Below are positions 10,531 to 20,604 of a DNA stretch of 64,000 nucleotides, in pieces. Position numbers and translations under genes: made by a program. How positions within the stretch are numbered: the first letter of the stretch is position 1; each line of letters begins with the position of its first letter. Below the pieces are notes generated by a model. That model was not told the origin of the DNA. It worked only from the letters and a program-made list of their open reading frames with translations, and made no database searches. The stretch covers positions 576,001 through 640,000 of the forward strand of contig OY821645.1 in assembly GCA_963682135.1 (NCBI GenBank). Reading direction: 5' to 3'. Origin of the DNA: Methanothrix sp. Lineage in GTDB: Archaea; Halobacteriota; Methanosarcinia; Methanotrichales; Methanotrichaceae.

Positions 10531-11067
10531 TTATAGGTCAGCTAAGCTGAGAATTGAGCTTAAGTGGTTTGAATCTATTCTTAAATTTTTACAAATATTA
10601 AATAATGGAAAGTCCTGTGTTAATACACATGCACGATTATTTTTTGCACATAAAATTAATGATGAATCTGTAAAGCCGAATTTCCATGCATTCGAGCTTA
10701 AGTATTTATCGAAAAGGATTTCATTTTTTGATACGTAAACTTCATTAATTAGTTTAAAATATTTGTTATTAACATCGAATATTTCCTTTTTATCTTTTTT
10801 ATTACTAATATCATTATCTATAAGGTTCCATGCCTCTGAAAGAATTCCGGGAGTAATCAGCCGCTCCGCTGTGCAGTTCAAATACTGCTTTAAGATATCG
10901 TAATGTATCTTATTGCAGGGCATCCCTCCATATTTTATTCGTTTCATTTTAGGAATGTATTCCGGATCATAATTTCCTATGAGAAATAATAGAAGCGGAC
11001 CAGTATCGATTACTACTTTAGCAGGGACTTTGATCAATCTTTTCAACATCCATGATTTCTCCTTCAT
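10531..11067 (-). CDS. PIN-domain (VapC-like) ribonuclease
   Basis: VVIDTG, ILSEA, GFTDSSLI, VLTQD acidic PIN residues; AT-rich. Confidence 0.8.
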   Translation of the reverse strand: MKEKSWMLKRLIKVPAKVVIDTGPLLLFLIGNYDPEYIPKMKRIKYGGMPCNKIHYDILKQYLNCTAERLITPGILSEAWNLIDNDISNKKDKKEIFDVNNKYFKLINEVYVSKNEILFDKYLSSNAWKFGFTDSSLILCAKNNRACVLTQDFPLFNICKNLRIDSNHLSSILSLADL

Positions 11068-11245
11068 TATCCACGATTATCTTGAACTTTTTAGCTTCTT
11101 CATCAAACAAATCTTGAACCATGCAAATTACTATCCACTTATCACCGTCTCTTTTTACAGAAATAGTTTCAAAGATAAATTTTATAAGAGACTTCGTCTC
11201 TTCAAAATACCTCTTGGCAGCTATACCAGCATCTTTAGCATTCAT
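11018..11245 (-). CDS. Small protein upstream of and overlapping the PIN gene, putative antitoxin
   Basis: 75-aa ORF with GAGGTGA RBS; paralogous pseudogene at 11604-11829. Confidence 0.65.
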   Translation of the reverse strand: MNAKDAGIAAKRYFEETKSLIKFIFETISVKRDGDKWIVICMVQDLFDEEAKKFKIIVDNEGEIMDVEKIDQSPC

Positions 11246-11315
11246 AATCTCACCTCAATATGGTCTCATTATGAGCTATACCTTTTTAAATTATCCCCAG
11301 AAATTGGAGAGGCAG

Positions 11316-11666
11316 ATGAATTCTGATGCCCATTATTGCTGCAGCGCAGGCAGGATGCGTGAAGGGAGGCATGATTTTATGGCTAGGGCAGGAGATGAGA
11401 TCCTGGTCATCAAGGATGTTCCGGCTCTCATCTGCGATACCTGCGGCGAGGTCGAATACGCGCTGGAGGTATCAAGAGAGATCGATGTGATCATGAAGGA
11501 TTTCTTCGCGGGACGGCTGCTGGCAAAGCCCCTGGCGGCGGGGGAGAATGGCATTCAAGCCCCAACGGGCGGATTCGATGGTATGTGCATAGTCTGGAAT
11601 GGTTCAGATGGGACTTTTGTCGAGCATTTCGACTTCCATGATTTCTCCTTCGCCATTCACGATTAG
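11316..11666 (+). CDS. YgiT-type zinc finger (MqsA-like antitoxin domain), 3' end probably aberrant
   Basis: CC.AG.M...ILVIKDVPALICDTCGEVEY after GGAGAGG RBS; tail runs antisense into the pseudogene. Confidence 0.7.
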   Translation: MNSDAHYCCSAGRMREGRHDFMARAGDEILVIKDVPALICDTCGEVEYALEVSREIDVIMKDFFAGRLLAKPLAAGENGIQAPTGGFDGMCIVWNGSDGTFVEHFDFHDFSFAIHD

Positions 11667-11829
11667 TCTGAACTTTTTGTCTTCATCTTCAAATATCTTG
11701 GACCAAGCAGATGATCACCCAATTATCAGAATCTCTTTTGCGGAGACCATCCCAAAGATGAACTTGGTTAGGGTTTTGGTTTCTTGAAAATATTTCTTGG
11801 CGGAAATTGCGGCATCTTTGGCATCTATG
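11604..11829 (-). pseudogene. Degraded paralog of the 11018-11245 protein
   Basis: Reads IDAKDAAISAKKYFQETKTLTKFIF...WVIICLVQD...EDKKFRLIVNGEGEIMEVEMLDKSPI; ATA in place of a start codon and two frameshifts. Confidence 0.75.
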
Positions 11830-12141
11830 TCATCACTCTTGGTTCATTATGAGCAACACATTTATCAATTTCCCCAAAGATTGTGCAGAGAGACCTGAAT
11901 CATGCAATACTGCGCATGACCTGCCCAAGGGGCCCGTTTCCTGAGCGCGAAAGCAACGAGAGGCACGGACCACAAGCGCACACCCGCGAGGGCGCGCGTG
12001 CGGGCAGACGGTGGCACTAGAGGAGGGCTGCTCAGCGGCCACCGGTTGGAGCGGCTCAAATGACGAGGGTAGGCGAACGTAAATGGTGGAAGGCGATATG
12101 CAAAGAATAAATCTATAAATTTTTTTATATAGGTGATATGT

Positions 12142-15100
12142 ATGTCCGATCTAATAAAGGCTTTGGCTTCCAATATCGTCGTAAGAAAGCAATCAGCTTC
12201 AGAGCCTTATGTAATGCTACTCGGAGCAGGAGCATCAATAAATTCCGGCTGTTCTTCGATGAATCAAATCATAAACGATTTGCTCAGTACTCGTGAGCCA
12301 ACGCGATTTGCCGAATGGGAAAAGAAAATTAATGACGCTAACCTGGTTAATGCTCAATTCGGGGCCCTCCTAGAAAAAGATCTTGCGTCAGAAAAGGTTA
12401 CGCTATTTTATGATATATGGGGCCATCTTGATCGTGATTCTCAGTATTCAATACTAAGAAAGCATTTATGGGAAGGCAAAAGACCTTCAGAAGGTTATAT
12501 TATACTAGCGAATCTTATAAAAAATGGTTATGTAAAAATAATTTTAACAACAAATCTTGATAATTTACTTGAGAAATCCTTGAATAGTCTAGGATTATAT
12601 CAACCAGAAAATTTTATCGTTATCACAAATGGGAAAGATAAACCGGAGGAAATTCGAGAACAGATTGAATCCGAACGTATACCTTTTAAATTGATCAAAT
12701 TACATGGAAGTCTAGAATCGCCTCTGAGTTTCGCATTTACTCCTAGAGAAGTATTTGATTTTGAGACTGCTATCAAACCAAGCTTATCTAGAGTCATTAA
12801 TCAAAGCCTCATAATTATAGGCCATAGTATGCAGGATAGAGATATCGATATGCTCTTTGAAGAAGATGGAAAAGAGATATATTTTATTAAACCAAGCCCT
12901 CCTGAGCCGATTAGTAGAATGGATCTGATCTTAAGGGTGCGAGGATTAGGAAGCGTAATCAGTGGTGATGAAGGCAAATTTGATGATTTCTTAAAAGAAT
13001 TAATAAACTGCATAAACATGGAATTTGAGGAAAGAATTATATCAAATCTTGGCTCATCTATAGAAGAATTCCTACAAAAAATTGGATATGGTCATGAGCT
13101 CAAGGTGCCAAGAAGCCGTTTTAAAAACTTGCCCGAACTTTACGTAAAGCCGACAGAATATGATGAGATTTGCTCAAAATTAGATCGAGAACATATTATA
13201 TTTATAATAGGTGAACCACACCTTGGCAAAACCTATACAGCTCTTTATTTATTATGGGAGTACCATCAAAAGGGGTTTGAGCCATTGCATATAAGTCATG
13301 ACAAATTAATAGCCCTTTTGCACCAAAATGACGGGAATATAAAAAGTGTTTTTTTGAATTTATTTAGCAGCAACGAGGCAACTCCACGAATAGTCCATTT
13401 TGATGATCCATTTGGCGAAACTATGGAGCGTAGATCCGATGCTTTCACAAAAGAATTGGATCTATTCTTGAATCTAGCTCAGGAATTTGAGCATTTGAGG
13501 ATAATAGTAACAACAAGGTTGAATATATTTAGGGAGGCTCTACAAATTGTTCACAATTCTAAAAAAATAGAAAATTTGGAGAAAGATATTAGAGTACATA
13601 CATCATATCGACGAGACATTTTGCTTGATATCTTTCGTCGCTATTCTAAATTCTACAAGCCATTGTGGGCAAATGATAGCAAGATTGTTTTAATACTTGA
13701 TGAGAAGCTGCCTGAACTCCTCCCAGCCCCCCATAATATTGAATTTTTTGTCAGAACTTCAGAGAGACTAACTTCATTAGATGATGTATTGCGTCATGTT
13801 GATACTTCTAAAGAAATGATCAAAGCGCTAGGTGAATGGATGGCATCTCTGCCGGATTATGAACAAATATTCTTAATATGGCTGGAAGTCTGTTCAACGT
13901 CTGACGCCATTTTTATCAATATAAATCCTACCAAGATCAATTTAGAAGAGGAATATAACTCCACCCTAGCTCATATGTTCCTTAAAAAATCTTTATCAGG
14001 AATCCCTTCAAATCCATTCTCTCGTGCAATAGATAAATTTAATATGATCCTTTTAGAAAGTCACGACAATGGCGGTATTGTCAAAATAAATTTTATACAT
14101 CCCTCGTACCATGAGGCTTTTTGGTATGCAGTTAAGAGAGATCTTTCTTTGGCACGATGGTGGAAATTAATAAAAGAAAGTATTCTAGATATTACGCGAA
14201 GGATAGATCCAATTCAATTAGGAATGATAGAACGCTATGGTGCGATAAACAGAGATTTAAATCAGGTATTATTAATCTATGCGGAAAGCGACAACTTAGA
14301 CGAGCAGATGATTTCTTTAATGCATATGTCTAAGAAACTATCAGAGTTTATGGATTTGCCCCAATTTTTAAATAGCATAAATTCAATATTAAATAATGGT
14401 TCGTATATTCACAAGTATAATCTATTGACTATTATTGAAGAAGATCTCATACGGTTGCCACAAGAGATACAAATCAATTTAACACAATTAGCTTTCGACT
14501 CAAATTCCATAATTCGCGGCAAGACTGAAAACATTTTGATTAATAATCATAAAAAATTTAATCTAGAAGTTAAATCATCAGAAAAGTACCAAACATGGCA
14601 AACAATTAAGCAATTATATAGAAAATCAAAAGATTTCTTAAGAAAGAACGAAAAAATAAATAAAAGAACGTCAGGAGATGCGCCTTCAAAAGAGATACCT
14701 TTATTTCTCGAAGAAAAATCACTAACTTATAATGTAATTGATGAGTTAAAGGAATATTATGAAAATTATGATATCTTTTATTTGATAAATACATATCCAG
14801 ATATAAATATAGATACAATCATACTGAACAGATTTATTAATATGGATGCTAGAAATATTAAATACATATTTAGTATAGAATCTGCAGTGCATTTATCCTA
14901 TATCGCAAAATTGATAGTTAGAAACTATAAAAAGATACCATTGGATCATAAACAAATGCTCTTTAGCAGTTCGATTAAAGTATCAGATGCTATAAGTAAT
15001 TATTTGGATGAAGAATTTAAGAAGATAAATGAAGAGATACTATTAGAATTCTTATTGTTTCCTGGATTGGTGCAATATAATTTATTAACACTAATGATTT

Positions 15101-15504
15101 TGAATTTCGCTAAATTATCAGCTGAGACAAGACATATTGTATTCAAAATTATTAGAGACTCATCGAGTCAATGGATAGGGGGATCAATAGGCCAGTTGAC
15201 TATGAAAGGTAATAAGAATAAGATTAAAAGTACGTTGCCTTTAATCCATGAGATTATAGAACTTAAAAAAACCAATAAACGATTTATGGGTGCCTTTTTA
15301 GCGGAGATGGCACAAATGGACTACGATTCAGATCTTGTTTTAGCTAAGAATTTTAAACCGATTCTTTTGAGAATATCAATAGATCCAGAGATAGTCAAAT
15401 ATGCCGAAGAATGGATGGATTATCAAATGAATAATTTTTCCGCATTTAACAAAGAATATTGGCTAAATGTAAAAGGATATTTAAATAATATAAATCAAAT
15501 TTAA
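12142..15504 (+). CDS. SIR2-like NADase fused to a STAND (nSTAND3-like) NTPase and a helical-repeat C-terminus; putative Avs-like antiviral protein
   Basis: LLGAGASINSG, TTNLDNLLE, KLHGS, IIGHSMQD (SIR2); GEPHLGKT Walker A, VHFDDPFG Walker B, IIVTTR; strongly AT-rich. Confidence 0.8.
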   Translation: MSDLIKALASNIVVRKQSASEPYVMLLGAGASINSGCSSMNQIINDLLSTREPTRFAEWEKKINDANLVNAQFGALLEKDLASEKVTLFYDIWGHLDRDSQYSILRKHLWEGKRPSEGYIILANLIKNGYVKIILTTNLDNLLEKSLNSLGLYQPENFIVITNGKDKPEEIREQIESERIPFKLIKLHGSLESPLSFAFTPREVFDFETAIKPSLSRVINQSLIIIGHSMQDRDIDMLFEEDGKEIYFIKPSPPEPISRMDLILRVRGLGSVISGDEGKFDDFLKELINCINMEFEERIISNLGSSIEEFLQKIGYGHELKVPRSRFKNLPELYVKPTEYDEICSKLDREHIIFIIGEPHLGKTYTALYLLWEYHQKGFEPLHISHDKLIALLHQNDGNIKSVFLNLFSSNEATPRIVHFDDPFGETMERRSDAFTKELDLFLNLAQEFEHLRIIVTTRLNIFREALQIVHNSKKIENLEKDIRVHTSYRRDILLDIFRRYSKFYKPLWANDSKIVLILDEKLPELLPAPHNIEFFVRTSERLTSLDDVLRHVDTSKEMIKALGEWMASLPDYEQIFLIWLEVCSTSDAIFININPTKINLEEEYNSTLAHMFLKKSLSGIPSNPFSRAIDKFNMILLESHDNGGIVKINFIHPSYHEAFWYAVKRDLSLARWWKLIKESILDITRRIDPIQLGMIERYGAINRDLNQVLLIYAESDNLDEQMISLMHMSKKLSEFMDLPQFLNSINSILNNGSYIHKYNLLTIIEEDLIRLPQEIQINLTQLAFDSNSIIRGKTENILINNHKKFNLEVKSSEKYQTWQTIKQLYRKSKDFLRKNEKINKRTSGDAPSKEIPLFLEEKSLTYNVIDELKEYYENYDIFYLINTYPDINIDTIILNRFINMDARNIKYIFSIESAVHLSYIAKLIVRNYKKIPLDHKQMLFSSSIKVSDAISNYLDEEFKKINEEILLEFLLFPGLVQYNLLTLMILNFAKLSAETRHIVFKIIRDSSSQWIGGSIGQLTMKGNKNKIKSTLPLIHEIIELKKTNKRFMGAFLAEMAQMDYDSDLVLAKNFKPILLRISIDPEIVKYAEEWMDYQMNNFSAFNKEYWLNVKGYLNNINQI

Positions 15505-15639
15505 GTTAGAAATCATGCAGCAGAAAACTGATTATCAAAATAACAAAACTTAAAGGCAAATTATCATTTATTGTTTTCCTACCACCAGCACCTAGAAAAA
15601 AAATGCCAGATGGAAACCAACTCCTCTCCTTCACCTCAG

Positions 15640-16300
15640 GCCGACCGGCCTCCTGCTTTCTGCAAGAGCGATTGCTATGCAATCCATCCCGCCCTGGCGA
15701 CATCGCCGCAAGCTCTGACGGCCCGGCCCACGGGCAGCGGCCACGAGCCCGCCCGAGATGCCGAGACGCGGCGATGGGCTGACGGGGCGCGGCTGCCGGT
15801 GGCCCCGCAAGAATCGCCAAGCCGGTCTTCGTGCGTCCTTTGTGTCTTCGTGCCTTTGTGGTTGGCCCGTTGCTGCTTGGTTATAATTATCAGCTAATAA
15901 TAACCGCAAGTCGCCGCAGTTTCCAATAGTCCAGCCCCCTAAAAAGCCGCCCAGCCGGTTACCGGCTCCACCTGGCACGATCGCTTACCAGGCAATCCAG
16001 CCCGCCCGGATGACATTGCAGCAAGCCCGGGCGGCCCGGCCCGCAGGTGGCAGCCACAAGCCAGCCCGAAGAAACGACGCGACACGGGCGATGAGCTGAC
16101 CGGGCGCGGCTGCCAGCAGGCCCGCAAGGAATGCTAAACAGAAGATTGCCTTGGACTCTGCCAAAAGTCTCTGTGCCTCTGTGGTTCAGTTCGTAATTGC
16201 TTTGATTATCAGCTAATAGTAACCGCAAATCTTCATTATTTCTCAAAATCCAGCACCCACAAAGACCGCCTAATCGGAAGCCAGCTCAGCCCGACATCAG
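15640..16300. repeat. GC-rich repeat block 1 (about two units; dyad cores at 15879-15905 and degenerate 16199-16224)
   Basis: Shares gcgatgggctgacggggcgcggctgccggtggcc, ctttgtg motifs, ttataattatcagctaataataacc and agccggtnaccggct with blocks 2-4. Confidence 0.9.
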
Positions 16301-16566
16301 GTCCGACCGCCATCCTACGCTCCTGAGCGAGCGCGTTTGCATATGGGGGCACCAGTCAGCAACGTAGCGCTGGATGGCAGGCCCAATGATGGCAAGGATG
16401 GATATATTCTGGCCTGACCGGAGCCCTTCATCAGTTATCAGATGATAATATATTATATAGTAATATTTATATTTAATATATACTAACTTAGATTAGGTAA
16501 ATCTTAAGAATCGTGTTTATAACTACATGTCAATGTTCTGTTCCGAGAATCGAGTGGTCAAGTCGA

Positions 16567-17679
16567 TCATGTCGCATCACTTTGAAAAAATTCTATCACA
16601 TTTGCCATTATGAAGAAGGAACTGCCAATGATACCTATTACCCCTTTAGGAGATAACTTTATGATTTTAAATATAAAATTTGTAAAATTAATTAGTATAT
16701 TCTCTGACATAGGTGATACATATGTCAAAATCTTTTCTAAAACAAAACCGATAATCAAATTGAAAACAAACCAAAACAATGATGATAAGAATAGATTCCA
16801 TAGTTCATAGCCATGAGGATTATTTAGATTTATATCCCAGATCATGTTGGATGGATCATCAATTTTAATGATAAAAATGAGTATATAAGAAATGATAAAT
16901 ATGGATGTCATAGACACAGTTGCGATGTAACTTTTTATTATAACAAAGGTTGAATAATTTATTTTTAAATTTCTAATTACAGCATTATGTAACAGTTTGA
17001 ATAACTTAAAATATATAATACCTAATAATAAATAAAAAGAAAATCCTATTAAAATAGGGAGGATAACTGAGCACGCATTAATTGAAATATCACCTAGGAT
17101 CGTATTATATATCAGATCCAATGATATATGAAATTTGTATATTATCAAAAAATTTATGAAATAAATAGTTATTAGCCAAAAAACCGTCCTAATATACGTA
17201 TTTATAAATATAGATACAATTCTTTTATATTTTTGAAATATTAAAAATCTTGAAATTAAACAATTAGATAGATAATTTAATGCAAAATACAATATAAAAC
17301 AAATTATTGAATATAAAATAAACATCTCTGAATCTATTGCACCTCTCGGCTTAACTCCAAAATTGTTTAATAATTCTGGTAATGAACTTTTGTAAACTGC
17401 AAAATTCATCATCAATCCTAATACAAAAATCGTTAATAGCCTACTAATATCAGGCGCTTCCCTATTCATTCGGTTGAAAACCAACCTAGTAAAATGATCT
17501 GCTCTCTCATTAAGGCTGTCGATTTGACGTTTATTCAAAAAAAACTCTAGGCCCATCAATAGCCCTGCAAGTAGATTTAATAATATGCGTATTTGGTCCA
17601 ATGACAGAAATGGCATGTTTGACGGATCTAGAATATCTTCCCGTATAAAAAGGATCCGAAAACAGTCCTGGTTTACCAT
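16567..17679 (-). CDS. AT-rich multi-pass membrane protein of unknown function (alternative start 17616)
   Basis: 370-aa ORF with many hydrophobic segments, flanked by repeat blocks. Confidence 0.7.
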   Translation of the reverse strand: MVNQDCFRILFIREDILDPSNMPFLSLDQIRILLNLLAGLLMGLEFFLNKRQIDSLNERADHFTRLVFNRMNREAPDISRLLTIFVLGLMMNFAVYKSSLPELLNNFGVKPRGAIDSEMFILYSIICFILYFALNYLSNCLISRFLIFQKYKRIVSIFINTYIRTVFWLITIYFINFLIIYKFHISLDLIYNTILGDISINACSVILPILIGFSFYLLLGIIYFKLFKLLHNAVIRNLKINYSTFVIIKSYIATVSMTSIFIISYILIFIIKIDDPSNMIWDINLNNPHGYELWNLFLSSLFWFVFNLIIGFVLEKILTYVSPMSENILINFTNFIFKIIKLSPKGVIGIIGSSFFIMANVIEFFQSDAT

Positions 17680-17789
17680 TATATAAATATTTTGATTTTC
17701 TAATATTCGGCCATATTCTCAACTCAAGAGGCAACCATGCAGCTTAATGTCCAACTTCCAACGCGTCCTAGTGCAGGCAAGTTCCCAAC

Positions 17790-18410
17790 AAACGAACCCA
17801 CCTGGCGACTGCATCGCAGTCCACCGCACAGCCCGGTCCACTGGCAACTGCCATGGGACCAAGCCCGAGGCGCGGCGATGGGCTGACGGGGCACGTCTAC
17901 CGGTGGCCCCGCAAGAAGCGTCAAGCCGTTATTTGTGCGTCCTTTGTGAGCTTCGTGTGCTTTGTGGTTTAGCCCGTAGCTGCTAGATTATAATTATCGG
18001 CTAATAATAACCGCAAGTCACCATCGTTTCCAATAGTCCAGCCCCCCTGAAATCCGCCCCGCCGGTGACCGGCTCCACCTGGCACGAGTGCTTGCCATGC
18101 AATCCAGCCTGCCCGGACGACATCGCAGCAAACCCGGACGGCCCGGCCCACAGGTGGCGAAAGAGTGTCCCCTCTCATCGAAGACTTCGCGGCTTCGCGC
18201 CTTCGCGTGAGCCCGTGATCTTTGGCCCGACCGGCCTCCAGCGCCCCCGAGCACGCGCGTGCAGGCAGGCCCACCCGGCGAGCACAGCCCAGCGCGCTCC
18301 GGCCCAACTGGCAGCAGCCACGAGCCCGCCCGAGGCAACGACGCGATGCGGGCGATGGGCCAACGGGGCGCGGATGCCGATGGCCTCGCAAGAATCGCCA
18401 AACTGCAGAG
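17790..18410. repeat. GC-rich repeat block 2 (core 17986-18012)
   Basis: gattataattatcggctaataataacc core with the same flanking modules. Confidence 0.9.
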
Positions 18411-18481
18411 CCACATAAACAAGTTCTATGAAAATGAGATCCGAGAAAAGCCGTCAGGAGCGCCAGTACCGGTTAACAATG

Positions 18482-18862
18482 CTAATCTCGATCTTGATTA
18501 CCCATGGCCGCAAACCGAGATCTAACAAAATCCATGAACTGCCGCAAACCTATACAAGGATCGTCATCAATCTGGCTCTCCTCGACTGCATCTTGAGAGC
18601 CGCTATGAAAATGCTTGGGGAAAGTCGATACTCTTTTCCAGTTTGTGTCTGGAAAATTATCATGACGATACATTGTGCCGTCGATATGCCGTCGCTCCCA
18701 ATGATATGAGAATCGCCCTAAAACCTTGAAAGAGAACCATACGTCGATAAACGAGCCGTCTTTAACAAATGCCCTGAGCTTGCCGCGAAAAATGATTGAG
18801 TCTGATAGAGTGTCAGCATATTCAGTATCTACGACCCGCTTGAGCGCCTTCAGGTCTATTAC
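18482..18862 (-). pseudogene. DUF6516/TumE-family toxin lacking a canonical start codon
   Basis: Open frame IDLKALKR...DGSFIDVWFS...FSYHWERRHIDGTMYRHDNFPD...TFPKHFH; begins GTA-ATA overlapping the upstream stop. Confidence 0.65.
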
Positions 18863-19143
18863 TATTGCGGAAAGCTCTTCATCGCCGCTAATATTTCATC
18901 TCTCCTAACTTCCAGAAAGTCAAGTTCCTGGAAATCGTCCAAGACATCTGCTTCCCGTACTTCACCTCTTTTCAGCTTATCGTCCAGCTCAAAGATGGAC
19001 CTTATGCCATGCTTTGCACCGATCTCGAATATCTCTGCCTCGATACATCTCAGCTCTCTCTCCAGAAATACCTTGATACTTGCTCGAGCTAGAATGTCAC
19101 GATCCATATTCAAGACACTCGCAACCTCGTCGATAACTTCCAT
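18862..19143 (-). CDS. Putative antitoxin partner of the DUF6516 toxin
   Basis: 93-aa acidic protein (IGAKHGIRSIFELD...DDFQELDFLE) directly upstream of the toxin. Confidence 0.7.
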   Translation of the reverse strand: MEVIDEVASVLNMDRDILARASIKVFLERELRCIEAEIFEIGAKHGIRSIFELDDKLKRGEVREADVLDDFQELDFLEVRRDEILAAMKSFPQ

Positions 19144-19289
19144 GATCTGATACCATCTGTATATCTGCCATTAAGATATTTTAATCCTCTTGTTTCCATA
19201 GTGCAAGTTCTGTCATGATTGCCTGGACGCTTCCTGCCCTCTGGATACGACCGCTTCTTGTCAAGTGAGCACACATGGCGAAAATGAGC

Positions 19290-19750
19290 CGCAAGCTCGC
19301 ATGGCCTGGCCCGCAGGATGCGGCTACAAGCCCGCCCAAGGCAACGACGCGATGCGGGCGATGGGCCGACGGAGCGTGGCTGCCGGTGTCTCTGCAAGAA
19401 TCGCCAAGCTGGTCTTTGTGCGTTCTTTGTGAGCTTCGTGCGCTTTGTGGTTTGGCCCGTTGCCGCTTCGTTATAATTATCAGCCAATAATAACCATAAG
19501 TCGCCACAGTTTCCAATAGTCCAGCCTCCTGAAAAGCCGCCCAGCTGGTGACCGGCTCCACCTGGCACGAGCGCTTACCAGGCAATCCAGCTCGCCCTGA
19601 CGACATCGCCGCAATCCCAGACGGCCCGGCCCGCAGGCAGCGAAAAATTGTTCCATCTCATCGGAGACTTCGCGTCTTCGCGTGAGCCCTTGATCTCGGG
19701 CCAACCGACCTCGCCCCCGAGCGCGTGCGTGCAGGCGGGCTTGCCGCACA
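19290..19750. repeat. GC-rich repeat block 3 (core 19469-19495)
   Basis: cgttataattatcagccaataataacc core with conserved flanks. Confidence 0.9.
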
Positions 19751-19903
19751 AACCTCTTTCCAATCGACAAAGGTCCACAAAGAAGAAAAACTTAAAAATG
19801 CGGCGCTCAAATCTGAGCCAGTATCTCCGTTCCCTTATCTATTTAAGTATAGAGCTACCAAATACAGGAATTATATCTGATACCTTGATAGAAAGGAGAC
19901 CTA

Positions 19904-20206
19904 ATGAATCGATTTGAGGACCTGAGGGATAAAGTTTTGCCATTGCTCAGGCCCTACGTTAAGCGCATTGCCGTCTTCGGGTCTTTTGCTCGGGGCGAGG
20001 AGACACCAGAAAGCGACATCGACCTTCTGGTGGAACTAAGAGCCGCAGACAGCCGTCCCCGACTTGGGCTGGCATGGTTTGGCCTGGAAGAAGAGCTTGG
20101 CCGCGTTCTGGGAAGAGAAGTGGAACTTATAGCTGAAGGCTCTCTAAGTCCATATTTGCGACCCTACGCAGAAAAGGATCTGGTTCTGCTCTATGAAGAA
20201 AGATGA
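19904..20206 (+). CDS. Minimal nucleotidyltransferase (MNT) antitoxin
   Basis: VFGSFARGEETPESDIDLLV. Confidence 0.9.
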   Translation: MNRFEDLRDKVLPLLRPYVKRIAVFGSFARGEETPESDIDLLVELRAADSRPRLGLAWFGLEEELGRVLGREVELIAEGSLSPYLRPYAEKDLVLLYEER

Positions 20207-20552
20207 CTCGGTTTATCTTCGCCATATCATGGATGCCTTCATGCAGATAGAGCACTACACCGATGGCGTCTCTCATGAAGAGTTTATGAAAGACAATCTG
20301 ATTCAAGATGGAGTAATTAGACAGCTAGAGGTTATGGGAGAGGCTGCTCGCAATCTATCCGATGACCTGCGTGGCGATTACCCGCATATTCCCTGGCGTC
20401 AGATGATAGGCCTTAGAAACCGCATGATTCACGCTTATTTTAACGTAAACCTGTAGATTATCTGGGAGATCGTTCAAGGGGATATTCCAAATCTAAAGCG
20501 AGAGACGAAGCGCGTGCTTGAGGATATTGGTCAGGAAAGCCGACATATATAG
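20193..20552 (+). pseudogene. HEPN (DUF86) toxin interrupted by an in-frame TAG at 20454-20456
   Basis: YLRHI...[36 protein letters not shown]; RxxxxH motif present and homology continues past the stop. Confidence 0.8.
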
Positions 20553-20604
20553 CGGCAAACGTTTTCCCGGGGCCGGAGTCCTTTAAAGCAGCATCCACGG
20601 CTTT

